Origin: Octopus sinensis
Taxonomy: Eukaryota
Assembly (NCBI RefSeq): GCF_006345805.1
Contig: NC_043008.1
Span: 21,514,001-21,578,000 of the forward strand
Reading direction: 5' to 3'
DNA length: 64,000 bases
The translations under genes were made by a program, and so were the position numbers. Each line of letters opens with the position of its first letter. Position 1 is the first letter of the stretch. Under the pieces are notes generated by a model. The model saw only the letters and a program-made list of their open reading frames with translations, was not told where the DNA came from and did no database searches. Below are positions 23,941 through 36,629 of this stretch, in pieces.

Positions 23941-26900
23941 CTTCTTCTTCTTCTTCTTCTTCTTCTTCTTCTTCTCCTTCTTCTTTCCTTCTTCTTCTTC
24001 TTCTTTTCTCCTTTTCTTCTTCTTCTTCTTTCTTCTCTTCTCTTCTTCTTTGTTCTTCTCTCTCTTCTTCTTCTTTCGCTTCTTCTTCTTCTATTTTCTA
24101 CTATTACTACTTCTTCCTTCTCTTTTCTTCTTCTCTCCTTCTTCTTCTCCTTTTCTTCTTCTCTTTCCTTCTTCTTCTTCTCCTCTTCTTCGTCTTCTTC
24201 TTCTATACTTACTTTTCTTCTCCTTCTTCTTCTCCGTCTTCTTTTCTTCCTTCTTCTTATCTTTCTTCTTCTTCTTCTTTTCTTTCTTTTCTCTTCTCTT
24301 TCCTTTCGTCTTTTTCTTCTTCTTTTCTTCTTCTTCGTCTCCTTCTTTTCTCTTCTTCTTCTCCTTCTTTTGTCTTCTTCTTCTTCTTCTTCTTCTTCTT
24401 CTCCTTCTCCTTCTCCTCTTCTTTCTTCTTCTATGCTTCTTCTCTTTCTTCTTCTCCTTTTCTTCTTCTTCTTTCTTCCCTTCTCCGTCTCTTCTACTTC
24501 TTCTTCTTCTTCTTCTCCTCTCTTTCCTTCTTCTTTTACTTCTTCTCTTCTTCTCCTTCTTTGTCTTCTTCTTCTCCTTATCTTTCCTTCTCCTTGCTTC
24601 TTCTTCTTCTTCCTTCTTCTCCTTCTTCTTAGTCTTCTTCTTTCTTCTTCTTTTCTTCTACTTCTCTTCTCCTTCTTCTTCTTCTTCTTCTTTTCCTTCT
24701 TCTTCTTTCTTCTTCTTTTCCTTCTCTTTTCTCTTCCTTCTTCTTTTCTTCTCTTTCTCCTTTCCTCTTCTTCTCCTTTTCTTTCGTCTTTTCTTCTTCT
24801 CTTCTCCTTCCCTTCTTCTTCTTCTTCTTTTCTTCTTCTTCTTCTTCTCCTTCTTCTTCTTCTTTCTTCTTCTTCTTCTTCTCTTCTTACTTCTCCTTCC
24901 TTCTTCTTCTTCTTTCGTTTCTTCTCTTCTTCTTCTTTTCTTCTTCTTCTTTCCTTTCCTTCTCCTTCTCCTTCTTCTTCTTCTTCTTCTTCTTCTTCTC
25001 CTTCTTCTTCTTTCTTCTTCTCCTTCTCCTTCTCCTTCTTCCTTTCTTCTTCTTCTTCTTCTTCTCTTCTCTTCGATTCCTTCTCCTTCTCCTTCTTCTT
25101 CTCCCTCTCTTTCTTCTTCTTCTTCTTCTTCTTCTTCTTCTCTCCTTCTCTTCTTCTTCTTTTCTTCTTCTCCTTCTCCTTCTCCTTCTCCTTCTTCTTC
25201 TTCTTTCTTCTCCTTCTCCTTCTTCTTCTTCTCCTTCTCCTTTTCTTCTTCCTTCTCCTTATCCTTCTCTTTTTTTTCTTCTTCTTTCCTTCTCCTTCTT
25301 CTTCTTCTTCTTCTCCTTCTCCTTCTTTTCTTCTTCTCCTTCTTCTTCTTCTTTCTTCTTCTTCTTCTCCTCATTCTCCTTCTCTTCTCCTTCTTCTTCT
25401 TCTTCCTTCTCCTTCTTCTTCTTCTTCTTCTTCTCTTCTCTTTTCTTCTTCTCCTCTTCTCCTCTTCTTCTTCTTCTTCTTTCCTTCTCTCCTTCTTCGT
25501 TCTTCTTCTTCTTCTTCTTCTCTTCTCCTTTCTTCTCTTCTTCTCTTCTCCTCTTCTTCTCTTCTTCTTCTTCTTTTCTCCTTTCTTTTCTTCTTCTCCT
25601 TCCTTCTCCTTCTCCTTCTTCTTCTTCTTCTTCTTCTTCTCCTTCTTTCTCTCCTTCTTCTTCTTCTTCTCTTCTTCTTCTCCGTCTTCTTTTCTTTCTT
25701 CTTCTTCTCCTTCTCCTTCCTTCTTCCTTCTTCTTCTTCTTCTTCTTCTCCTTCTCCTTTCCTCTTTCTGTCTTCTTCTTCTTCTCCTTCTTCTTTTCTT
25801 CTTTTCTTCTTCTCCTTCTTCTCTTCTTCTCTTCTTCTTCTCTTCTCCTTCTTCTTCTTCTTCTTCTTCCTTCTTCTTCTTCTTCTTCTTCTTCTTCTCC
25901 TTCTCCTCCTTCCGTTCTTCTTCTTCTTTTCTCTTTCTCCTTCTTCTTCTTTTCTTCTTCTCTTCTCCTTCTCTTCTTCTTCTTCTTCTCTTCTTCTTCT
26001 TTTCTTCTTCTTCTTCTCCTTCTCTTCTCCTCTTCTTCTTCTTCTTCTCTCCTTCTTCTTCTTCTTCTTCTTCTTCTCCCCTCTTCTCCTTCTCATTCTC
26101 CTTCTTCTTCTTCTTCTTCTTCTTCTCCTTCCTTCTCTTCTTCTTTTATTCCTTCTTCTTCTTTTCTTTTCATTCTCCTTCTCCTCTCTTCTTTCTTCTT
26201 CTTCTTTTCTTCTTCTCTTCTTCTTTTCTCCTCCTTCCTTTTCCTTTCCTTCTTCTTTTCTTCTTCTTCTTCTCCTTCTCTTTTCTTCTTCTCCTTCTCC
26301 TTTTCTTCTTCTCCTTCCTTCTCTCTTCTTCTTTTCTTGTCTTCTTCTTCTTCTTCTTTTCTTCTTCTTCTCTTCTTCTTTTCCTTCCTTTCTCCTTCCT
26401 CCCTTTCCTTTTCTTTCTTCTTATTCTTCTCCTTCTTCGTCTTCTTCTTCTTCCTTCTCTTTCCTTCTTCTTCTTTTCTTCTTCTTCTTCTCTTCTTCTT
26501 CTTTTCTTCTTCTTCTCCTTCTCCTTCTCTTCTTTCCTCTCCTTCTCCTTCCTTCTTCTTCTTCTCCTTCTCCTTCTCTTCTTCTTTCTTCTTCTTCTCT
26601 TCTTCTCCTTCTTCTTCTTCTTCTTCTTCTTCCTCTCTTCTCCTTCTTTTCCTTCTCTTCTTCTTCTTCTTCTCCTTCTCCTCCTCCTTCTCCTTCTTCT
26701 TCTTCTTCTTCTTCTTCTTCTCCTTCTCCTTCTCCTTCCTTCTTTTCTTCTTCTTCTTCTTCTGCTCCTTCTCCTCTTCTTCTTTCTTCTTCTCCTTCTC
26801 CTTCTTCTTCTTCTTCCTTCTCCTTCTTCTTCTTCTTCGCTTTTCTTCTTCTCCTCCTTCTCCTTCTCCTCTTTACTTCTTCTACCTTCTCCTCTTCTTC

Positions 26901-27128
26901 CTTCTTCTTTCTTCTTCTTTTCCTCTCCTTCTCCTTCCTTCTCCTCTTCGTTCTTCTTCTTCTTCTTCTCCTTCTTCTTTATTCTTCTTTTCTTCCCTTC
27001 TATCTCTCTCTTCTTCTTCTTTTCCTTCTTCTTCTCCTTCTTGTTTCTTCTTCTCCTTCTTCTTCTCTTCTTCTTCTCCTTCTTCTTCTCCTTCTTCTTC
27101 TTCTTCTTCTTCTTCTTCTTCTTCTTCC
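23911..27128. repeat. 3.2-kb degenerate (CTT)n/(CTCCTT)n polypyrimidine tract
   Basis: Plus strand almost exclusively C/T with rare A/G interruptions. Confidence 0.98.
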
Positions 27129-27788
27129 AGACGAACAAAATCTTTTTTTTTTATATATATCACAGTTGTTTTCGGCAATTTATGCATATATTATCTGTAC
27201 TAGGTATTACAGGTTTTATTAATTACTTTCTTTAATCAAATTTACATAATTATAATTACTGACTCAGCAGTATTTTTTTTTTTTTTATATATCGATGTTG
27301 AACATCAATGATTACAAACCAAGAAAAAGTTATTCGAAATTTAATAGTTCTGTGTCTTTCCTTGTCCTGTCACTACAAACGTATAATATTGTTATGTAAT
27401 ATCTGCTGTCGTTATATGACAGTTAAGATAACTGAATCTGTATATCGCTGAATTTACAGTATTAATGGCCGCCAGAAACAGACGAAAATCTAATCTTACA
27501 TTGCCATTTCTTTATAACCTGCTAGATGAAGGTCGTGTACATTTACTTAAGAAAACAACATTTGTTGATAGTCTAGGTTTAGATAGATGCTATTACGTAG
27601 TCATTCATTGTGACAATCTTGTGTTATTGCTTCAATTGTTTGTTTTGGTGAGTTTTTGTTCTTTAAATATATTTGAAGAAAATTGGAAACCTTAGAAAAT
27701 CTTCCTTCATCGCCTCCTAAGAGTTCAAAGTATTGTAAAAACAACTCAGCATTCAGAGACCATCGGAGACCAATAGTGTAACTCTTAC

Positions 27789-28020
27789 AAGGCGGCGAGC
27801 TGGCAGAACCGTTACCACGCCGGGCGAAATGCGTAGCCGTATTTCGTCTGCCGTTACGTTCTGAGTTCAAATTCCACCGTGGTCGACTTTGCCTTTCATT
27901 CTTTCGGAGTCGATAAATTAAGTACCAGTTACGCACTGGGGTCGATGTAATCGACTTAATCCGTTTGTCTGTCCTTGTTTGTCCCCTATTTGTTTAGCCC
28001 CTTGTGGGTAATAAAGAAAC
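27789..28020 (+). mobile_element. Full-length family A SINE
   Basis: Head-to-tail match to 12772 copy; only a partial aatagtg flank similarity. Confidence 0.93.
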
Positions 28021-28189
28021 AAATAGTGCAATTCCGTGCAATTTCACGAACATCCTGTGATTTTGTATAACAGTGAGTGTATAGTCCACGATGTTGTTCT
28101 TCCTTAAGATGGTATTATGCGATTAAATGGGAAGTTGAGCGCTCTTTCGCTGGTTCATCGGATTTCTATTTGTAAAGCAAGAGGACTGT

Positions 28190-28546
28190 TCTTTTATCTT
28201 CTACTTGTTTCAGTCATTAGACAACGGCCATGCTGGGGCACCACCTTCAAGACATTTTTAGTTGAACGAATCGACCCCAGTACTTTTTTGAAAACATGGT
28301 ACTTATTCTATCGGTCTCTTTTACAGAACTGCTACGCGTTTAAGTCCCTGGCTCTCAAGCGATGGTAAGAGACAAACACAGAAGCACGAATACAGACACG
28401 ACAAACACACATACACACACACGACAGGCTTCTCTCAGTTTCCATCTACCAAATCCACCGAGTCTATAGAGGCCGCACAGAGGAATTGAACTCAGAACCA
28501 TGTGGTCTGGAAGCAAGCTTCTTACCACACAGCCTCACCTGTGCCT
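28190..28546 (-). mobile_element. Family B SINE with internal deletions
   Basis: Same tail (gtttcagtcatt..., ccatgctggggcacc), (CA)n core and head (cttaccacacagcc) as other B copies. Confidence 0.85.
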
Positions 28547-29369
28547 ATCCACAATATTTTCCTAAAGGTCTGAATTTGAATGACAAGAGTATATAGAGTA
28601 ACCTTCCTACATAGAGTAACCTCTAAATATACTTCATGGTAGCTGGAACCATGTATTTGTAAATCAAACTCCTTAACCAAACATCCATGTCTATGTCCGG
28701 TCTTATAAAAATACTGCTCTCATCCATCGGAATTTATTTAGGTTTTTTGTAAATTCGTAAATTATTGATGATTCGTCATATTTGTTCAACGAGTCAAACA
28801 GTGAACCTATAGATAGTGGCGCGACCTATCAGACAATATAGACGAAATTCCTTCAAATGATGCCTACTGCTTGAGAAAGAGAAAAGAATAATTTTATCCA
28901 AAATAAAGTAGCTCTGTACATCCAAATCCTCGAAACAAAGATGAGGAAAATCACAGATGTGCTTGGGTGCGTTAAGAAGAATGCTTACCACCATTTAATA
29001 TTTAATACATAAGTACCAGTCGTCAAGAATGTGTTCAATACATAAAGGAGGTACTGATGAAAGAGCAATAAATCTTGAAATGTGCATGTACATCCATTAC
29101 CTATTTTTTCAGGCATCGATCGCATTGTTTACATAGACGTATTCATATACGAAACGTCGTAGCTTTCAGTCCTGGCTCTAATTTCAATAAAATATCTGTA
29201 CAGATAGCCTAAAACAGCAATAGCATCACAACAACAACATCAACACAGCTTATTCTTCAGCCACTATAGAATACCATTCCTGTAACAATATAGTTTAAAT
29301 TTTCTTTCCCATCATTGGAATATATTACCATTCGTCCAAGTGTTCGGTACTAGAATTCATCTTCATTCG

Positions 29370-29680
29370 TTTGCTATCTGTTTACTCCGTCGACCAATGT
29401 CTTCTAATATGGCTAAATATTTACCTATCATCCTTATTCGAACATATAACACGGCTATCGGAGCACAAGCTGCTACAAACTGCATTGACATGAATAACGG
29501 CTGGGAGCAAAGGAGGAAGAGGAAGACCGCTCCAAATCTGGCGCAATGCTCTCCGCGAGGACTTACAGGAGCTGCAGTTGACCCGGACTGATGTAAAAAC
29601 GGCTGCATCAGATCGTACTCAGTGGAGGCAACACTCCGCTCAATGTTCCGTTAGGAACAGGAGGAACTAAGAGGAAGATA
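29370..29680 (+). mobile_element. RTE-type LINE 3' fragment
   Basis: HITRLSEHKLLQTAL...KRRKR / RPLQIWRNALREDLQELQL...AASDRTQWR...QCSVRNRRN* resembles RTE C-termini. Confidence 0.72.
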
Positions 29681-30383
29681 TTATTGAATCTCTTAAATAA
29701 AGTATCAATAATTACTATTGTTGGTATAAATATAAATCCTGCTCAAACCATCTTTGGATTCCATCATTTGTATGGACGCCCCCAGATGATGAAGTAGGCT
29801 AGCCCAATACGTAGATATAGAGGGAGAAGTCTAGACGTCAAGGTAGACTAGTCAGAGTTGAGTAGAGAAGAGTTGAATAGAAGGTATCCGAACGTGCGAC
29901 ATAACAGTGGCGAAGAGAGAGCTGAATAGAGTAGTTGAGATTAGAGTAGAGTAGCAGTCGGAGGAGAGTCGAGTTGAGTAGAAGGCATCCGAACCTGTGA
30001 CATAATACCAACCCAGCCCTTTCAATAAAATAATACCAATTATATTCTTGCTGGTATTTTTCGCAACTGCAATGTTTCATAGTTCAGTTCACGTAAAAAA
30101 AAATAGAGTTCCTTATTATTTTGGAAAAGCCGATAGAACAGAAACAAATATGTCATGTCTTAAGAATTAACTTGCCGTATTTCGAGTTGCCGTTGAGTAA
30201 GGGACAGATAAACGTAATCAGGTGAAATGGTTACAAATGTTTAAACATCGTGCTTCATGGGGGGAAAATGTTCTATACCTGAGAAGTAGAAGCAGATGAC
30301 GTTAATGTATAAACGACGGAGTTTCGTAAACTACGAAGCTGAACTAAGTGAGACCTGGTTGCAGGGTGCATGACAAAATTTCC

Positions 30384-30429
<46 letters not shown>

Positions 30430-30741
30430 GCACACACACACACACGCGCGCGCACACACACACACGCACACACGTCAAATTCTTGCAGTGATGATGCGAA
30501 AATAAATAGTTTATGAAAATGTGCCGTTACACATACACATATATACATAAGACATATATATATAGAGAGAAATACATGTCTACATGTTATATATACATAT
30601 ATATATACATACATAAAACATATATACATACATATATATATATATAGATAGATACATACATAAATATACCAACATACACACACACACATATGATATACAT
30701 AGAATATATACATTCATATACTCATGTATATAAATACATAC

Positions 30742-30772
<31 letters not shown>

Positions 30773-30807
30773 GACGTATACACACGCACACACAATACAC
30801 GCACACT

Positions 30808-30838
<31 letters not shown>

Positions 30839-31501
30839 GCATAAAACACACATGTATATAGATACATATACCGACATGCCTATATATACATATACATATA
30901 CAAATACATACACACATGCTCACACACACACACTCACACATATATGATTTCTCTCGTGTGTATATCTGTGTGTGCCGTGTGTTCTCTTGGATATTATATT
31001 AAGTAAGCCATTCGAGTGCTCTCTGCTTCGTCCGACTTACGTCAATCTCGTTAAAATGGAATTATTACAGCGCTGCGAGATAGCATGGGGTGTGCGTGGA
31101 CTATTGCAGTTTGTAGATTTTTATTGCTTTGAAACATGCTTTCATAAGGTTAGTAGTTTGGAGGACTGGTGTTAAAGCAAATGTATTAAGCAAACGGGAG
31201 ATGTGATTTATGAGCCTCCAATTTACGTCATAAATGAGCGGTGATGGAGACAGTTTATCAGCAGGATAAGGAAATTTAATAAATATCCCTACGTTATATA
31301 CTTCTTGCGCACGCACGTGAATATACGAGCAGAGGAGATATCGCAAATAGTTGAGAAACCTATACATGCAGATACACACATACGCAAACACACACACGCA
31401 CACACACAAACTCTCACACACATTGATATACATGCATACATACATGCACAAACACATATATACACACACGCATACAGACTGTCCTCATTTCACACACAAT
31501 A

Positions 31502-31541
<40 letters not shown>

Positions 31542-31596
31542 ACTTTACGGTTAGTGTAAATCCGTGTATGCATATATATATATATGATATATATAT

Positions 31597-31639
<43 letters not shown>

Positions 31640-31664
31640 TGCATGCGGTGGGTGTGTGTATGTA

Positions 31665-31708
<44 letters not shown>

Positions 31709-32034
31709 TATATACATATATATACATATATATATGCATATAAAGATATTTGTAGATGTACATTATATGTATGTAAATGTATACACATGTATTCATATAC
31801 ATCTGTATGAAAATGCGGTGTATATATGTGTGTGTGTGTGTGCGTGCGCGCAATTATTTACATATATATGAGCGCATATACACACGCAAAGCTTATGCCC
31901 AAGTTTGTCGCTGCTCTGCTCATATCTGCAGCTGTAGTGAGTTCTGTTTACCTACCACAAACATAACCAAGATTTCGCAGTTCACATCCTAGTGATATGG
32001 AAGAACGGAGCTGAGTTTTCAAGCGTTGGATCAC

Positions 32035-32205
32035 TTGTGCTGGGGTGTTTATCTCCCTATGACTTAGCAGTTCGGCGAAAGAAACCCATAGAATAAGTAC
32101 CAGGTTTTTTAAAACATGAGTACTTAGTGTATAACTCGTTCAAATAAAACTCCTCAAAGTTGGGCCCCAGCATGGCCGTAGTCTAATGACAAGAACAATT
32201 AAATG
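32035..32205 (+). mobile_element. Family B SINE 3' half, diverged
   Basis: gacttagcagttcggcgaaagaaacccatagaataagtac...ccccagcatggccgtagtctaatgac. Confidence 0.75.
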
Positions 32206-32270
32206 ACACAGGTCTTGACCCTCATCAATGAATCTATAACAGTTCAATTTATGAAATCCATAAGAATATA

Positions 32271-32674
32271 TATTTCTTTACTACCCACAAGGGGCTAAAC
32301 ACAGGGAGGACAAACAAGGACAGACAAAGGGATCAAGTCGATTAAGCGTAACTGGTACTTATTTAATCGACCTCGAAAGGATGAAAGACAAAGTCGACCT
32401 CGGCAGAATTTGAACTCAGAACGTAACGGCAGACGAAATACCTATTTCTTTACTACCCACAAGGGGCTACACACAGAGGGAACAAGCAAGGACAGACAAA
32501 CGGATTAAGTCGATTACATCGACCCTAGTGCGTAACTGGTACTTAATTTATCGACCCCGAAAGGATGAAAGGCAAAGTCGACCTGGTGGAATTTGAACTC
32601 AGAACGTAACGGCAGACGAAATACTGCTACGCATTTCGCCCGGCGTGCGAACGTTTCTGCCAGCTCGCCGCCTT
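32271..32674 (-). mobile_element. Head-to-tail family A SINE dimer (full copy 32443-32674 plus 5'-truncated copy 32271-32442) within one TSD pair
   Basis: tgaaatccataagaatata (32252-32270) and tgaaatccataggaatata (32676-32694) flank the whole dimer. Confidence 0.93.
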
Positions 32675-33127
32675 GTGAAATCCATAGGAATATAATACCG
32701 CTCTATAACCTATATAAACATTACTGTGAAAGTAACAGTATAAGTACGTAGTAATTCTGTTTAAACTATACTGACGTTCCTACAATAGAAACCTATTTAG
32801 AAGGAAGTGAAATATGCTATGTTACTCTAATAGTATTCACAGTACTGTGTCAATGTCAGCTGTTGTTCTATAGTTGCTTACTGCTTGAAACAATGAGAAC
32901 TAAAACAGGAGCAGAAAGCAAACAGCCATTAAGTAAACGCACACACATACGTTAGTTAATAGTCTCGCTAGTTCTGGTTATGATTTTAAATGGCTCTCTA
33001 AGAGCGCTAAAACAATGCCAAGCAAGCTTACATATTTCATTGATTCTGAACATTTCCTCGTCGACCTACATCTGCAAACGTGAACGCTTTGTCTTCATCG
33101 ATTTGTTTGGATGATGGATTTAAATAT

Positions 33128-33357
33128 AGGCGCAAGCTTGGCTGTGTGGTTAAGAAATTCGTTTTGTAACCACGTTGATGCGGGTTCAGTCCCATGGCAC
33201 TTCACCTTAGCGAGTCGTTTTTTCTACTACAGCCGAGAGCCGATCAATGCCTTGTGAGCGAATTAGGTAAATAGAAACTGTGAGAAGGCAGCGAGCTGGC
33301 AGAAAAGTCAGCGCGCCGGGTGAAATTCTTAGCCTTATTTCGTCTGTCTTTAAGTTC
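33128..33357 (+). mobile_element. Family B SINE 5' half (33128-33284) joined to a family A SINE head (33285-33357)
   Basis: ggcgcaagcttggctgtgtggttaag...ccttgtgagcgaattaggtaaatagaaactg, then aaggcagcgagctggcagaa...atttcgtctgtctttaagttc, cut in the B-box. Confidence 0.8.
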
Positions 33358-33358
33358 G

Positions 33359-33706
33359 GTAGGGGGTTGTACCACCGGCAGGAGAATTGTGCCGCCATCG
33401 GTAGAATTAACTACCTCGAACCCGGAGGAAGAGGAACTATTGGTCTTCTTCTACCGAGGCGGAGAGGTAGAAAAGGTGGTGGAAAAGCACCATAAGGGAG
33501 TACCTTTAGCCTGCACACAGGATCCCAAATGGCCTCCGCAGATAGCTGTGGAGGTCATAACGTTGCCCGTGATGCGTAGGCTGCGGGGACTCAATGAGGA
33601 ATATCGCTTGTGGCCGGGCGACGCTGGCTCGGATCCCGCTTTGGTCTTGAATGAGGCGTGGGAAATGGTGGAGTGTACGGGCATAAGCGATGTTGGGAAG
33701 GAATAG
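33359..33706 (+). CDS. GC-rich open frame of 115 codons ending in TAG, probably the 3' end of a mobile-element or viral gene; unidentified
   Basis: About 55% GC (53% and 57% in two counted 60-mers) against an AT-rich background; no stop; non-repetitive peptide; N-terminus replaced by a SINE head. Confidence 0.35.
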   Translation, partial: VGGCTTGRRIVPPSVELTTSNPEEEELLVFFYRGGEVEKVVEKHHKGVPLACTQDPKWPPQIAVEVITLPVMRRLRGLNEEYRLWPGDAGSDPALVLNEAWEMVECTGISDVGKE

Positions 33707-34107
33707 TGACAAGAGGTTGAAAAACCTCAGTGTTGTAATGTTTATTTTATAATGTTTAATGTTTATTGCATGTTATTGTGTTTAAGAGGTTTAACGGCCC
33801 AATTCTTAAATGGACTATTAGTCCAAAAAGTGTAAAACTGAATTAAGAAGTTCATTACCTCGTTTTGTCAATTTCTGTGAAAAAAGAAGAGAATAATGTT
33901 TTAGAGAAGCAAAAATCGGCGGACGTTTTTGTCTTCTCCCATTAATATCATCCTTTTCATCATTCACCTCACCAATGTCTTTGTCCAGCCCGCAAACTAC
34001 TCTGTATCAAGCCTTTATGGCAAAATTTTTGAAATAAAATAGAAACTGTGGGGAAGTCCGTTGCATTTTATGTATGTGTGTGAATAAATATATATGTATG
34101 ACAAGAG

Positions 34108-34434
34108 TGAGGGCGCGTGGCTTAGTGGTTAGGGCATTCGGCTCATGATCGTAAGGTTGTGAGTTCGATTCCCGGCGACGCGTTGTGTCCTTGAGCAAGA
34201 CACTTTATTTCACGTTGCTCCAGTCCACTCAGCTGGCAAAAATGAGTTGTACTTGTATTTCAAAGGGTCAGCCTTGTCACTCTCTGTGTCACGCTGATTA
34301 TCCCCGAGAACTACGTTAAGGGTACACGTGTCTGTGGAATGCTCAGCCATTTGCACGTTAATTTCACGAGCAAGCTGTTCCGTTGATCGTATCAGCTGGG
34401 ACCCTCGTCGTCGTAACCGGCGGAGTCTTTTTTA
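34108..34434 (+). mobile_element. Full-length tRNA-derived SINE (head Y + tail P) with 11-bp TSD
   Basis: A-box TGGCTTAGTGG, B-box GTTCGATTCC, gtgtccttgagcaagacact block; atgtatgacaa at 34094-34104 and 34435-34445. Confidence 0.93.
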
Positions 34435-35517
34435 ATGTATGACAAAGAGCCTTAATATTGTGTAAGTTATGCCAGCATTGTGAACCACCGACAGAGAAAT
34501 TACGGATGCTATTAAAGATAGCGCAGAACATAACTCAGAATGTGACAAAACGATTAAACTCTGAGAAACGTCAACTTCTATACAAGGGAAGATGAAAAGA
34601 AATTGTTGGAATAATATTTTCAAAGACTATCAGGAAATGAAACACCTTCTGATTGATATATCAATTAAAATGAATAACAATAATATATCTTTAACTGATA
34701 AGGAGAAATTATCACTAAATAAATATCTGGAGTGAAAGATAGCCAGACGATGATTTGGCAGAATCGCAGAGCGTTGGATAACACTTCTACCTTATATAGG
34801 TATGGTCTTTTAACGATCTGGGTTCAAAACCCACCGAGAACGAATTTGACCTTCCTTTTCCCTTTCTATCAGGCAATCAATGGAATTATAGTTGTCGATA
34901 ATCTACCAGTTTATTAATGGAATTATAAATAGAAGCCAATAAGAAGAATGCATTGATGAAATACATAATGTCGAGGAAATTAAGAAAACTAGAAAAATAC
35001 ACATCCATGGACTACAACAGTTTTATATATACTGCACATAGTGTAAAAATTAGTACAGTTTTTACATGGAAATACAAAACAGACAACAAAAAGAAATGTG
35101 CCGAACCTACACGAGTTCTATAAAAGAACATTAATTTTAAGAATACATGAAATTATGAAAGTTTTTCCTTCTGTTTCTGTGTAGTAAAACTTATTTTTTT
35201 CCAAATCTCAATCAACTGGTGATTAGTTGTGGATATCAATTAATGGAGAAATATGTTAATACAAACATTAATTGCCGGTAGAGACACTGCATTTCATTTT
35301 GCAAGGACAATATACTACCAAGTAAATTAACGGTTTATAAACCATAACGGTTTATAAGCCAATAATATGTGCTGTTTTTGTGTTAGCAGTGCGTTATTTT
35401 TATTTTAAAATGTTCTCTACAAGCTTTCTATAGAACTTAGAGCCAGCACAGTTTACGAATACGCCAATGTAAACAACGTAACCAAAGGTATTGGGTTTAT
35501 ATAGGTAATGGGCATAT

Positions 35518-35917
35518 ACTCTTTTACTCTTTTATTTATTTCAGTCATTTTGACTGCTGCCATGCTGGAGCACCACCTTTAATCGAGCAAATCGACCCCG
35601 GGACTTATTCTTTTGTAAGCCCAGTACTTATTCTATCGGTCTCTTTTGCCGAACGGATAAGTAACGGGGACATAAACACACCAGCATCGGTTGTCAAGCA
35701 ATGCTAGGGGGACAAGCACAGACACATAAACACGCACACGCATATATATATATACATTTTTACGACGGGCTTCTTTCAGTTTCCGTCTACCAAATCCACT
35801 CACAAGGCTTTGGTCGGCCCGAGGCTATAGTAGAGGACACTTTCCCAAGATGCCACGCAGTGGGACTGAACCCAGAACCATGTGGTTGGTAAACAAGCTA
35901 CTTACCACACAGCCACT
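35518..35917 (-). mobile_element. Near full-length family B SINE
   Basis: Near-identical to 36355-36798; (CTTTTACT)n tail on plus strand. Confidence 0.93.
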
Positions 35918-36354
35918 ATGTATATTTCAAGAATTATTGTTCCTTCTTCAGCACCACATCCAACCCATTAACTATCCGCGAATGCATTGCTGAAATACTC
36001 ACTATGTTTAGCGACGTGACACTATTCAGTGCTGGCCCTAAATTCTACTGAAAATCTGTAGAAATTAATTTAAAATTAATACAAACAATCAAAATAACAA
36101 TACATGACCTTGAAGAATATAATTCGTGATCATGCCATTATAAAACACACATATGGATTATGAACTTAAAATTACTTCCGATTAAGTGTCCTAAATGTGT
36201 AAGGAGTTTGGTTAACGATCGGAGAGGCGTAGATTGGCGTTATGTCTTCGGATGAAATACTTCAGCTTTTGTTGCTCCAGTCTACTCAGCCGAAAACTGT
36301 GTAACAACTTATGAATTCCTATTAATTGTCCATACAACCACAGCTGACCATACA

Positions 36355-36579
36355 CTTTTACTCTTTTACTCTTTTACTTGTTTCAGTCATTTGACTGCGG
36401 CCATGCTGGAGCACCGCCTTTAATGGAGCAACTCGACCCCGGGACTTATTCTTTTGTAAGCCCAGTACTTATTCTATCGGTCTCTTTTGCCGAACGGATA
36501 AGTAACGGGGACATAAACACACCAGCATCGGTTGTCAAGCAATGCTAGGGGGACAAACACAGACACACAAACACACACA

Positions 36580-36629
<50 letters not shown>

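Noticed and set aside
23903-27235. 1110-aa and 950-aa plus-strand ORFs and R/K/E-rich minus-strand ORFs
   Set aside because: Artefacts of a C/T-only tract that cannot contain stop codons; no coding complexity.
27460-27575. Possible exon LMAARNRRKSNLTLPFLYNLLDEGRVHLLKKTTFVDSL
   Set aside because: The acceptor is plausible but the donors are weak; no supporting homology.
31895-31936. ATG-initiated hydrophobic stretch MPKFVAALLISAAV followed by gtgagt
   Set aside because: Only 14 codons; no promoter evidence or identifiable downstream exon.
34108-34180. tRNA-like sequences here and at 9423, 13377, 37128 and other SINE heads
   Set aside because: A and B boxes are present but there is no closed acceptor stem; each continues into a SINE body, often with TSDs.
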